From Raillietiella orientalis (taxonomy: Eukaryota): a stretch of DNA of 64,000 nt. The stretch is from assembly GCA_036172245.1 (NCBI GenBank), contig JAYWIR010000037.1:248001-312000 (forward strand). Direction: 5' to 3'. Below, piece by piece: positions 25,445-38,900 of the stretch (the stretch's first letter is position 1; the number at the start of each line of letters is the position of its first letter). A program made the translations under genes and the position numbers. Below the pieces are notes generated by a model. It saw nothing but the letters and a program-made list of their open reading frames with translations, did no database searches and was not told the origin of the DNA.

Positions 25445-26604
25445 ATGTTGATTAAAATGAGCCAAAATCCATGTGCTGTAATGCCTGTCAGTATGGCAAG
25501 TAAAACAGGTGCATTGAATGCTATGAGTGCTTCCACTATTTGTAATGATTCCACCCAAATCTTATCACAAGACATGAATCCCATGCAAAACATTATAATG
25601 CATGTTGATGCCTTAACTTTTTCTGGTGGCATTCCTACATCTGATGTGCATTTACCACCCTTACAACAAAGATTCAAATATTCTGGAAGCAACAACATGA
25701 AGCCTCCTTCTTCAGTCACAAGTTCATCATCAGACAGTGTGTTTGAAGTCAATGCTTGCAGTACAAAAAGGCCTTTCAGATGCACGTATTGCAATAAACG
25801 TTTCAAGCAAAAGACTTCATTATTACAACATGTCAGAGTACATAATGGTGAAAGACCATTTGTGTGTACAGATTGTGGTAAGCCACTTTGCTAAATGTTT
25901 TTGTTTTATGGATGACTTTTTATCACAGTTCTGTTATCTGGGTTATGTAAAAGATATTCTGGAAATCGGATTAAGAAATAATATAATTTGTAACCATAAT
26001 GAAAGCATTTTTTTATGCAAGTTGATTTGTTTTCAAATTTTAGGAAAAGCTTTTAAACAGTTAACACATCTACATCAACATGTTAGAATACACACTGGAG
26101 AAAAACCGTATTCATGCAATTTTTGTGATAAAACGTTCCGCCAAAGGACAATTCTCAATCAGCATTTGCGTATACATTTAGATTCTAGACCTTATGCTTG
26201 TGGGAAGTGTGGCAAAGCATTTAGACAGAAAGCAATTCTAGATCAACATGTAAAGCGCCATACAGGTAGTGAATATATTGCAGTTATGTACTTTAAAATA
26301 TTTTATAGATAAAGTTAATCATGAAAAACATGTTAAATCACATTTTCGAAAAGAAAAAGGTCGAAGTAAATATAAACTCTCTCCATTGAATGGAGCATTA
26401 ATGGGATATGCTGGTGCTCATATATCAATGTCCACATTACTTCAGCAGCATGCAGCAGAAGATGCAAAACCATTTACAGCTGATGCAGCTTTAGAAACTT
26501 TTGTGTACAAATTTAGTGAAAGCACATATGTAGATAATATAAATATCAATAACAAATCCATAAATAATATTATGTCAGATGGCCTAACTAGATCAAGTTC
26601 TTAA
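25445..26604 (+). CDS. C2H2 zinc-finger transcription factor with 4 tandem fingers
   Basis: Exons 25445 (or 25457)-25877, 26044-26265 and 26309-26604 join in phase. Fingers: CTYC..HVRVH, CTDC|GKAF..HVRIH, CNFC..HLRIH, CGKC..HVKRH, with NGERP, TGEKP and LDSRP linkers. The helices RQRTILNQH and RQKAILDQH recall, from memory only, an arthropod-conserved ZF family. Start codon and last exon are less certain. Confidence 0.9.
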
Positions 26605-29600
26605 ACTGATTCTCAATTGAATATTCCTTATATTTAGTTCATGTAAATATATTTTTAATATTGTTCATCACTATCTTATTGCACTATTGAAGAAATAGAG
26701 ATGGATAAAAATTTCAAGCATTACCCTGGCTTTTTTTGTGAGTAACATTTTATGTTTACATATATTTTCATATAATATTTGAAACCACTCATTAAAATTT
26801 TTTCAATGTAAAGACCCTTTTAGATATGATTACATACTGTCCTTTTCTACTTGAACACTTTATGTTTTTGAACAAGAAAAAACTTCAGTCTATTTGAGGA
26901 AGTAAATAGTTTTTCCTCCTTGTTAATTTCATATGTGCATGTTTTTTGCTTATATCAAATATATCCATTAGCTTTTCAGAAGCATATGTCTGGCTTACAC
27001 ATGTATATGTATGCATATGAATACAATATCATGACATAATAAGTTATATACAGTTAAATTTTGAAAATTGTTTTAGTCTTATTTATGTAAGCATCACTTC
27101 TGATTTGTGGTTTTTAGTAATGATTAGAAAAACATGTTGAAGTGTTGTACTCGATTCTTGTTGGTGTGTGTGTTTGAAAAACTGAAGTGTGGAACCCCAT
27201 AATTTGAAACATTCCTTGTTCTGAGTGTAAAAAACCCATGTACAGAATGTTATTTGCTACTGATATAATTCACTACTTTTTCAATGTTATGAGAACAATG
27301 AAATCTTTTTATGGAAGAATATGATAAAGTACAGTTACTGTATCACGTATTTATTTAGTTATTACATGATTCTTATTAGTATTATGTTTATCGAAGTAAA
27401 TTGTTTGCACAAACAAGATTTATCTTTATTTCGAATTTTGTACCATAACAGCATCATTTAACTAACAGCTCTTATGACTAGTTTTTGGTTTCCCATAGTA
27501 CCTTCTGTTAGTTTACATACAGACTTATTTATTTACGTACTAAAAAGTGTTTATTGATATATTCTAAAACATTATCAATTTTAGAGTTTCCGTTTTTGAA
27601 TGTCTCAGCATGGTAATGGTAAAAATTGTGTATACAATATGTATCAGTATGGTGTATCAATTGGTACCACGTACTCCATCACATCGTGGTTGAGTGATGT
27701 AAAATGAGATTTAGCTGTGTTTGCTTATTGAGGCAGGAAAAAAGCATGCTTCGGTTGCATAATTACTTTTGTATGTCTATCATGGGACAGGAAATTGTGA
27801 TACAATCATTAGAATGATTACTTTGCACTAGTTTTCATTTCTTTAAGTTTTCATGGGTTTCTAATTTTTGTTAGTTTGAGTGATTTAATATCTATAATCA
27901 ATGTAAGTAATTGTTTACTCAAGTTTAACCTGTGCTTACTTCATTTTTTTCCCAGTTGCACATGTTTGTATGTTTTTTGTCCTTTACAGTTATTCGAAGT
28001 GTAATGTTTGTTTCTATTATAGATTGGCAGCTTCTGTTTCTTAAGTGGTGATCAGTTTGAGACTATCTCATGCTTAATTCCCAGTTTTTTTGGATGTGAA
28101 TTTAGAAGGTTGATGTTACTAACTGAAAGAATAGTGCAAATTTTGGACATCCAGCAATCATGTAATTGTTGATCTTCAATTGTCTACCAGCAGATGCCAT
28201 CGTTTTGTGGTTTGCGAGATATATTATTAATAGTTCTTTGTAATGATAATGTAAATCCTGAAATTTTATAGTAAATTCTTTATTTTCAGGAGACAGATTT
28301 CCTTTTTAAGCATGGATGCTAGTTTCAATTCATTCAGAATTAAAAGCAATTGAATGAGCATAGTACTCACTTGTGAATTTATTCACATTTTTTTAATTAT
28401 GTTGTAGATAGTATTTGTTTGACAGTTCTGTAATTCTTATGAGAGAATTTCTGAACTAGCATTTTTGAAATAGTTCTAGGTGATTCCATGAATTTATGAA
28501 ATGAACCGAATTTTTACAATTAAAAAATGCCTCTAGTTGATATTCTGTTTTTTCTCGTAACAGCATAGCATTTTCTAGCCCTTGTTGTACTCTTGCATTC
28601 CACTTAGTTGGGGTTTCGGGTCTTATGATTATCATGATGGTTTTCGACATCAGAGATATTATTAGTTCTTTGAGAAAACTCACTGCCTCTTCATCATTAA
28701 AATGAGTGAAGTTTTCGAATGTCATAGAGGGACATAGCCTTATGTATAGTGTTTTTCTTTAAAAAGGCCTCAGAGTCAAAGGATATGATGTCAAATAACA
28801 TAATATTTCCTTTACAGAAATGTATGTTTTGTGGAATTTTAAAGTTCACATTTAATGAGTGTTACAGGTTCCTTATGAATCGCATATCATTTTTTTGCCA
28901 TTGAATTCAGTCTATGTATTGATGTGGTGGTGTTTCTCCCTCAGATTTCCGTTGACATTCAACCTTATTTTTCGAATCCTGCGGAAACGATACTTCATTG
29001 AAACGATGTTTAAAACTGCGTTGTAAGAGTGGACAAATAAATTAGCGTATCGAGACTTCTGATTTGAAACGCGTTTTCAGTGATATTTTTTGAATTTCTT
29101 TCCAAGGAAGGTGTAAACAACATAAATTAATTTAATGAATGTACTCAGGTATTAAGACAGCCAAATGAACAAGAAAATTATGGAGTCATGAAGTTTTTTC
29201 AATGTATCTAGTACTTGGTTATTATGGAATTGAATAATGAGTGAAATTGTGTACAGTTTCTGGTTTTAAAAAATAATATATATCTGTGTATAGTTTTTTG
29301 AAGACTTATGAAGTCTAAAATTAGTGACAATAATGAATTTATTTGGTTGAATTCAGTTGGTCATTTACGATGTTTTGCAAATCTGATTACAGTGACTTGT
29401 TCAGCTTCTTGAAAATTTTCTCCTGTATTGTATATTTTGTATTGTAGTGGATTTTTCTGTTGATTATGGTAATCTTGATGCATGCGTCATTTGATTCCAG
29501 GTTTTCTTTACTAATTTATACTGAATGCCTTTTGTGGAGAACGATTGTCGATCTAAAATATTGATGTTTGGGATCATCAGAGCCAGCATTTGTCAGGACC

Positions 29601-29977
29601 AGCTTTCCTTGCGTGACCAAGATTCATTTGAGTTTCTAAAATTTCGGGTCCATTAATTTAGAATGTGCAATGCTTTACAATACTAAATGGTAAATGCTAA
29701 TGTTTGCTTTGCAAAGAAAAAGCTGACAAATCACGTATCTTGTGGCTTGAAATGATTGAACTCGTTTCACTTACTATCCCAAATTTTCCGTGTTTTTCCT
29801 TTCCTAAGATGTAGAATGGTAGGTCTTGTAGATTTTGTAATTATTTTTACTAATTTGTCGTTGATATCAAGCGTATCCTGGTGGTCCGTAACAAACTCAG
29901 TACCAAAGGCATGAATTCCGGAACCAAAAAATAATTTCCATTTATACTTTTCCTGAAATGTTCATTGTATGATTGCC

Positions 29978-30008
29978 TTTTTTTTTTTTTTTTTTTTTCT
30001 TTTTTTTT
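29978..30008. repeat. Poly(T) tract
   Basis: T21-C-T9. Confidence 0.9.
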
Positions 30009-33000
30009 ACCATGTGGTGACCTGTGGATGTGAATAATCGTTAATCCTAAAGTCCTAACAGATTTATATTCGATTGTCATCCTTATCTGCTGATTCTGAT
30101 TGCACTTCGGCTTTGATAAATTGTAGGTAAAGAATTTTCATTTCGAACTTTTTTTGCTTCCGATTATGCTTATGTTTGTAATCTCCGATATGTTTTGTTG
30201 TTTTCTTATGCCCTGCATTTCTTGAGCTCTTACGTTTTTGTTTTTTCTCGATGGGTCCCACCAAACTTTTCCTAGATCGGAATTTCATTGCAAACCGGTT
30301 TTTGTCTTGAGCATCATAAACAACTTCATTACCTGAGTTTTGCATTTGGCATGGGATATGTCAGTTGACCTGCTATAACCTTTAATTATGCCTTGCTTTG
30401 ATAGCTGGTTGTCGTTGACCGGACTTCTTTCACAGCGAATAATTCTTCAGATGCAGGTAATTATTCAAATGAGATCAAAACAGATTGTAGATCGGCATTC
30501 CCATTCATAAGTAAAACAGTGGAAAAGGTGTGTGCGTATGAATTTCAGATATGTGCTCGAAGCCTATTTGAAATGAATGAAATCAGTACAGTTTCCAGTA
30601 AACTGTAAGTGGGGAGGAGTCGCCGAAGGCTTTTTTTTTATCCGTAAACCTAAAAGCATTCACTGTTCCCATCGAGCTGTACCATTCTGTGGCGAAGACG
30701 TTTCCAGATCCGGATGTTAACCAATCTTGCTTTCTCCGCCTTTTTTCTAGCTTCCATATTTATTAGCAAGTAGAATTAAGTACGTTCTGTGGAATGCAGT
30801 TCATTGAATTTTGTTAGGATTGCCAAATTCTTATTTTCAAAAAGCTGTGCTGGATGTTTGTTTGTTTGTTTGTTTTTTGTTTTTACAGTCGATTTCGAAA
30901 TTGGAGGGAAATTGATCAAGTAGTTCTTTTCACCAAAAAGTTCAGTGTTTATTACTAACTGTTATTTATTGTCTGCTTATTCCATATGTCTGTCCTAAGG
31001 TTTTGATTCCCTACACCCACATAATGTTTACATTGTGTTTCCAAATAGTTTGTACCATCTTACATTTACATTATGTTATATTTAGTTTTTACATTTTCAA
31101 GTTATGTAAGATTTTGGAGTACTATGAGGTATTAGCGGATTATCACTGGTGCCATGTATTTTTTCTGTTTGGAAGATCTGCACCTCAAGCAACTTTTTAT
31201 CTTCTCAAGACATAATTGTATGCCGTGTTTTTTTTGTAAAATCCAGTCAAGTGGAATTATGAAAGCCGCGCTGATTGTACAAAATAAAATGAATACTTGC
31301 ACTCGACTTTCCCTCCAGAAGTTGCCCATAAATGGAGTGTACGAATTGTCTTTTTCTGGATATACTTGTCGGCAACTACCACAGTGTTACTATGTTATTT
31401 ACACAAATAAGGAGTAATTCGTGCAGAAGTAAAGTTTTAGATTGCTCCCCTATTTTTGCTTAATGATCAGAGCACTGTTGCATCAGCTGGAAGAATGGAT
31501 GGAAAAAAAGAAGGAATGATCTGAATTTTAATAAATATATGTGAGTGGAGGATTGCTGATTGAACGGATACTGAGTAAATTCTATAAATGTCTAAAGTGA
31601 AAAAATCTCCTATCGGTATGAAATCAAATTTTTCTGATGTTCTTCGCGTGCGGATATAAATATAAATATTCATCTTTTTATCATCATGTAACCCTGCATC
31701 TTTAAGCAGTTTAAATGTAAAGGCGATAATGCTTCTGAGAATTGAAAAATGCCGAATCGATAAATGTAATTCAATTTCCCAATGATGTATAAGTTGATTA
31801 TGCTTCATATGGGCTGATGGTGGAAAGCTTTTCCTGTTGATGATAATGTAAAGCTTTAATTGCCACAGAATCTTGCAGATATGTTGGTGAGTAATGTGTC
31901 ACAGAGAGAATTTTTAGAGCGTCATCTGTTGCAAACTATTTTTTTTTGCCAGTACCTCAACGGTGGCCAATTGAAAAGTAATTTTCTCTGGAAGGAAATA
32001 TCTTGCTGCAAATTTTGTGTGACATAGGGCTGTCTGATCGATTAACAACTCATAATGTTATTTGAGGTCTATGGTTTTCAGGGAATATTCCGCGGTCGCC
32101 TCAGAAGCCATCACAGCAGAATATTCCTTTACGATTTATGGCGGCTGCATTTTGACCCCAATCACAGATTGGGTGGTAAATTGTATTTACCTGAATAGCA
32201 CAGGCAGTGCTATAACGCAGAATCTCATCATTTGGTGTAACATTTGTTTCATAAGACAACATGTCATCATTTGGCATTAATAAATGAGCATGGAAGTAAA
32301 AGAGTGATTTGGATTTAGACGTCTTCAAATTTATGGTAAATCTTAAAAGTGAATGTGTGAATTGTAAAACAAAGGGAGTTGCAAAAATCTCCGCATTGCC
32401 AACAGTTATTCTTTGCGACGAGGGATGTTAAAGAATTTCATGCCGAATTGAAGTTATTGTAGTAACGGGTTACCGATTTGTAGAGTTCTGCTTGCTTCTG
32501 TTTATCATATCAGAATCTTGGGCTTTTGTTACAAACTGTTTTCCTCACTTTTCCTACACCGCAGCAGCTTTAGTCATACCTGATGTCGCTCCTGTCGTGT
32601 TTTACCACGAACACAAACGATAGCAAAACTTACGACTCTGGAAAATTCTTCAGAAGGAGAGGCTTCACATGTGCTCGACTCCTGTTGTATTTCCGGTTTA
32701 GTACATTTCTTGGAAGTCGTTTTCGACGCTGCTTTTAAACATTGTTTTCAGTGTGTAGTTCTCCATATCTGATATTCTGTGGAAGTTCGTATTGCTTGCA
32801 CATACTGCCCTCTTTGTAAACCACTCAAAAAGCAAGTGAGAAAAAATATATATATCAGTGAGGCACACTTGGTCGTGCCGCTAACCCATCCTTAGCATCC
32901 AACCTTACGGCACCCCGACTGTCTGCTTGATTAAGTGCTGAAAGTTGCATTTCACTCTTCAGTCGTTGGGCTTCCTTCATGAGGGATGCAGTTAAGATCA

Positions 33001-33499
33001 GAACTCCTATTCGTAGTTTCCTTCCCTTGTGTGTACACCTGATTTTAGTGCTTGTGTTACTTTTGAGTTTTTTTTCCACATACCACTTTTGGGAGCCAGC
33101 AATTAATGGAGCTGAGCTTGGTCGTTTTAGAAATACGTTGCATCTAAGCAAAAATCGTGTCATGTCATATTGTAACAGTTCGTGTAAATAGGGAGGTCTT
33201 TGATCTGCACTTTGTCAAAATTCAGGTCGAGGACTTTGCTTACCAGTACCTTGTATCGCTCTTTCACCTTGCATTAATACTGATACCAATGTTACTACAC
33301 CTTGTGGATCTTCTGACAAGGACGTAATAACTCAACATGGTAATGCTTTCGATCCATCAATTGTCTTATGCTTTGCTAATTCTTTATCATTTATTGCTTG
33401 ATTGATAATTGTATTGGAAGAACTTTTTATTGAGTAGGACAGTATTCGTTGTCGTATTCCTTGCTCTTGTTCTCATTTTCTCCCTTTCCTGGATACTCT

Positions 33500-36400
33500 T
33501 CCTGACGAACACGGTAAGGAATGTGTTTATGAAAGCATGCAAAAGATTCAAGTTTTTTTTTCCGCAGCATGCTGGATTTCTTACCGTTGGACTTTTTTGC
33601 ATATTCGGCGGATTCACTTCCAAAGCCCCTCCTGCGGCTCCTGAGGCCACAGGACCTGTGGTCTAACCCCTGTGACAGACAACATCACTATCAAAACATT
33701 CGCGACTTCTTGCTTTCATCAACTTTATTCCTCTTATCGATCATGTCCTCTCAGTACTTTTGAAATACTCATGGCTTGCATCTTTGTTACCCGAGTCAGG
33801 TATCACCATAGAAAACCAGCACTCATGTGGCGTTACTTGTGTTTTGTCTTAGAATGTTTTGAAAAAAAAAGTTTTCATGGCAACACCTTCAGGTATGAAC
33901 TCGTGGTTCGCCTCGTGCTCATCCCTATGTTCTGTGCTTCCCATTTCGGAGCTTCTCGGTACATTCTCTTTCTCAGGAGGGTTACTCGGGAAGGAACGTG
34001 GAGGATCGTTGGAACTCGAAGAGTGAGGAACGTGGGTGTCATGGACCAATGATGCGCGTGCACTCGGATTTGGCAAGTGCCACTGTCGTATCCACATGCA
34101 GTAAGCAACTGGTGGACATCCGGCCTCCGATAATTCCTTGGGGTGCACATCCTTCCTCCCACCCACTTCCTCCGTGCGATGATCGTGCGTCTATCAACGT
34201 GGCACGGGACTGAATCGCAACAGGGAACGTGCGACAAGCTGGACCGATTCCTAAGAGCATGAGTCGCCCTCACGTTCTCAGCAGTTCCACAGAAACGACT
34301 GAGACAGTGGGTGGGCAGCACCGAGTCACTGCTCTCGTGCGAAGCAAAGCAACACATCTTCCTGTGACATTCCCTTGACATCCTATCTGCTCAGTGCAGG
34401 CCGTATCCTTCCGGACCGCGTTCAATGGACAGAATAGCAGGTCCAGCAAACCACTAGCTGTCGTTTCATTGCAACTCGATGAAAGGCTGCGATCTCATCG
34501 TTCCTTCGTCAAGCGTGGTGGATGCGCTCTGTTCGCTTCGCTCATCCATTTCTTTGCAGTGATGTGTTTCCTCCTGACCGGATAATCGCTTGAGGACTAG
34601 TCATGCAATTGCTCAGGGTGCTTGTCCTTTCCCGTTCCTCTTGTTCGGCAAGGACAGTTTCGCTCACCCGTTCTGCGCGGCAGGCAATGGTGTACACGCG
34701 CGTGCCTTAGGTCGTAGGAGAAGGAAGGAATTGCTTGCAGCCTTTCGGGTTGGAGTCTTCTAAGAAAACGATGTCTGTGGCTTTTGAGGCCCACAGGGGA
34801 CTAGGTGGGTAGATTCGCCAACTTTCCTCGTTCATCCATAGCTAGAGGAAGGTTGCAAGTGGAGATGGCCAGGACGAGAGGAGGGAGTTCGTTCTGGGCA
34901 GCACCGCTTGCACGCCTTTTTCCGCTGCGCCGATGCAGCCTCCTCAGGAAAGAACCCCCTTTCGTTCCCAACCTCTCCCTTTATAGACCGGTCTCTCGAC
35001 ATCGCAGTGACTTGAAGGTCCTCATTACTGCCCTCCTACCTTCACGGTAAGCAGGGGGTGCATCTCAGCTTTTGGATGTCCCCTCTTCCCCGTGCTTTCT
35101 TCTCTTTCTCTTCTTCCTTCTTATCCTTCTGCTTCGCTTTCTCCTCAAGTTCAACGATCCTTGGTTTGCTGGCCCTATGACCGGCGAAGCGGCAGCAGAT
35201 CGGCAGACCATTCTCTTTCATAGCACGTCCAGCTTCTCGATGCTCACAAAGACTGGTCGAGGTGATGCTCCTTGCTGCTCGAGGGTCCATGATTGTTTTC
35301 AGGATGGAGAAGGTGTATCGCATTTACACGCGAAAGTGTTTGGATTGATTAGTTATGTTTATGTAGTGATGAAGGTTTATTTATTTTAATTCATTCTAAA
35401 ATAATTTGGAGTTAAAATATTTTGTGTTTTATAATTTTTATTATTAATTAATTAATTAGCATAAACACATTTTAGCATGGAACTATATAATCTTAACATT
35501 ATTATGTAGCATAAAAACATTTAAATACATTGTTTATTCATTACATATTTATATTGATTTTATTCCTGATTTTAATTATGTTATTTATAAAAAATCTTGA
35601 AAGTAGATTTAAAATATTCTTTGATTTATACTAAGCCCCAAATGTTTTTTATAACAATCATTTATTATTAATGTATAATATATTATCCCTTAATTAGGAA
35701 TATAAAAATTAATTAATTGGGGCAAATGCGTTCTCACAACTCGGTTCTGTAACTCTCCGTTCTGTAACTCTATTCAGTAACTTTCCATTTCGCCAAATGG
35801 AGAGTTACAGAACTGATTTAGCGTCATCCTGTTGAGGAGGCTGCTGGATGACTGGATGGCTCTCTCAGCCGCTAGACAGGTCCGTGGGTAAACAAGGATC
35901 GCGCTGACCCAATAGGCTACGAGGCAGCTTTCGCAGGGCTATGGTTCAACCAAGCTTGACTTCCTCATGCTCGACAGAGGACACTCAGGCAGCTGATGCT
36001 AGACCTGGCGGAGAACCCATCTCGTGTAGTTTTCATCTTCCGTGGAAGAACTGATCTCTGTTCAACCACACACGGCGGCAGAGACTGCAAGATTACATGG
36101 AGATATGGGTGCAAAAATCACAGATTTAGATTTTGCTTGCCCAATCAATAAAAGTTGCAGACGATTGTGCTGGATCAATGGGCAATGGGGAAAAAGGCCG
36201 AAGAGCGAATCTGAAAGCTCGACTCCCTCTTCCGTTTCCTTCCCTGGTCATCCTAGTCTACGTGCCATTGCAAACGCATCTCCCCCGCCTAAACAAAGAG
36301 CTTTTTTTGGTGGTTCTGAGCAAAGCTTTGCTTCCCCTTTACGGACGGTGAGCAAGCGGTTTCTCCCTCGCCACCGAGAGGAACTCCTGTGGAAGTCGCA

Positions 36401-38900
36401 GGCACCAGGACTCTGTGGAGATTCAATTCGGAAGCAGCCTCATCTCTTTCTCTGCCGCGGGTAGCAGCAGTCAGACCATCGTGCGCGTTTCTGGTTTTCT
36501 TTCTTCCTCTCTTTCCTCCTTCGTTCCCATGTCTACCGGCTGGCCGCATTCGCTACTTGCAGCACGTTTCCGCTTTTCGTAGCTCCAGAGTGGCGGAGCC
36601 GCTATCGCAGGAACGGTCTCGCAACAGCTGAACTCCGACGCGGAGCTTCCTGATTCGGCACAAGAAAGAAGGAGGAACGTGGGGACAGAAGGGCACGGCT
36701 CGAAATCCCGCCAAGACTTGGGGAAGACTGCCAGCGAGGGACCGTGTGCCGATGCGGTCTGCAGACAATCGAGCCGACAGGGAGTCTCCCAGCATAGTCG
36801 TGGTCCAGGACTTCGGGGCGTGACGGAGCAGCGCGCTTGGTGTCGAATGCCGAATGACCATGGCCTCCCCGGTGGCTGGAGGAGGAAGTCCAGTAGGACG
36901 GTTCCCACTTTCCCGACCACTTCTCCGAACCCGTCACGCTCACCCCAGAGGATTGGGGAGCTCCCTCTGCCCCTTCCATTGAAGTGTGATGGGTAGGTCG
37001 GGGACCGTAGGAGATGCTTCTTCTTTGTGGCCACTGTCACTCGAATTGGAACGCGCACGTGGTGTGCGGTCATCCAGCAGCGGCTACACTGCAGGATCCT
37101 CATCCAGAGGAAGTCTAAACGCTTTCCAGATTCTAGGCGTGGATCAGCTCGTGAGGAACCGTGGGCCGGCAGGGCGGAAAAGAAAGGTGCAATCGGGAGA
37201 TTGGAAGAGAAAGGGGTGCGTCTCTGCTTGCCATGCCCGGCAAGCGAGGATTGCAGATGAAGATCCCCCCACCCCCCACCCAAAAAAACACCTGTCTTCC
37301 CGAATGTTCTCCCCGATCCGTGTTGAACGGAGGCATGCAACTTCCGATGGGCATAATGTCGTGCTCTGCTGTTCTGGCTCACCGTAGTCGTGAAACCGGC
37401 CTATCTTCCTCACATCATGCTCTCATCTCGGTCGATTCTGATTCCTTCCGGTTCCATTACCAACCGGAAGATGGGGAAGCGGTGGTTTGCAGTGTATGTG
37501 GCTCCCGCAATCGCATGCTGGCAGCGGTTTTCCCCCTCCTCTTGTCGGTGTCGATGATGATTGACTGCAGATTAGTGAGACCTGGCAGGACTCGGAGCCA
37601 GCGCTGGGTCTCTTTCCTCCTTGTCTGCAGGTAGCTTCGGCATCTCCCGCAGTCGGAGCTTTCGTTATTTCCTTCCTGGTTCCCTTCCTTTTCTCCCCTC
37701 AGTGCCTAAGCAGCAGCGTTTGCTGGCAAAAGTACACGTCTGTTGCCTCTCAGCTTTCTCTGGATATACTGCTCCCTATCTCTGGCGATGCCATGGAGGC
37801 AGGGTGGCTGAAGTTCTGACTGAGGTTCTCCTTCTCCATCTCCTCCTCAGGGAAGGGATGCAGGGAACCTTTTGCATCTGCTGCCAACAGCTGAGGCGTG
37901 GATGCGAAATAAGCACATGGACTTGATGAATTCGCGTCCCTGACTCCAGCACGAGAGCCGGTTCCTCTCCGGGACGAGTTGAAGAGAACCTGGATGTTTT
38001 CCTGAGCTGCACGCCAGGATACGGTGTTCACGGTGTCGCGGAACATCCAGGAACTGCAGTCACTTGTGCGATTCTCGAATATCGAATCGACAATGTTCCC
38101 GTACGGACACACTGTCAGCCAAGCAAGGCAAAAGTGCCTGAAGAAACCAGGAATGAACCGGAAGGAATTTCAGGTGTCACCGAAAAAGTATGCAAAGCAA
38201 AGGCCAAAAGGATGGGGCCTGGCCGGCCCTTCACCTTCTCCTTGGATGGAAATAACCTCCAGGTCACATCTTCGAAGATGCATGGGCAGCCAGGCTGATC
38301 GCGGAAGGAGACGATGAGCTGGCGACCCAGATCAAGGAAGCTGCTCCAAACAGTGGGAATCGGTAGCCGCTGTGCAGACTTCCAGGAACAAACTCAAAGC
38401 CAAAACCTGACCCAATACGCCAGAATGCAGGAAAAGATTAACAACCACAGTCGACTTCGGTTGCTCCTACCAGTATTCATCAGCTGCGTTGGAAGAGCTA
38501 CGACGATGGGCAAAGAGCAAATGTCGAAGACTAGCCCTCTTCACTTGAATGGCAAAAAAAGTGCCCGCTACTGTGAGAGCAGCCGCATTGTGGTCTTTGG
38601 AAATGGATGCTGAAGAGCACGTGTCTAGTTTGTCTCCCTGACTCACGTCTCATTGCACCGTCACCTCTCTTCTAGCCACGGATCGGACGAAAGCTCTCTC
38701 TTCTACACAAGAAAGGGAACTTTATTCAATGAGAACTCAATTCTCCTACTCAGCGGAAGTAATTGACTGAAACTTGAAGATGCTCCGATCTTTACATTGG
38801 AATGCCGCATCAGTTTCAACGGTAAAAGGACAACAAGCTGCATGAAGTTCAGTGCATAGTGCCAGATTCCCGTAATGGGAGCAGCATCAAAGTTATCTTA
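33500..38900. mobile_element. GC-rich, CpG-rich island, possibly a decayed or non-autonomous mobile element or gene-fragment mosaic
   Basis: Sampled lines reach ~60% GC against an AT-rich background. Many overlapping ORFs on both strands, none with a recognisable transposase, RT or integrase motif. Boundaries are approximate. Confidence 0.3.
35741..35816. repeat. Clustered direct and inverted 13-bp repeats forming a hairpin
   Basis: GTTCTGTAACTCT at 35744 and 35759, a degenerate copy at 35772, and the inverted copy AGAGTTACAGAAC at 35801. Confidence 0.85.

Noticed and set aside
25411..25806. 131-aa minus ORF, and similar antisense ORFs over BPTF and PMS2 exons
   Set aside because: Shadow frames of real coding exons on the opposite strand.
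30064..30345. Lys-rich 93-aa minus ORF next to the poly(T) tract
   Set aside because: No homology recognised, no convincing target-site duplication, and no linkable neighbouring exons.
36471..37382. 303-aa minus-strand ORF and the many overlapping ORFs in the GC-rich island
   Set aside because: Low-information Arg/Ser/Pro/Gly composition and no recognisable domain. Long open frames are expected at this GC content.
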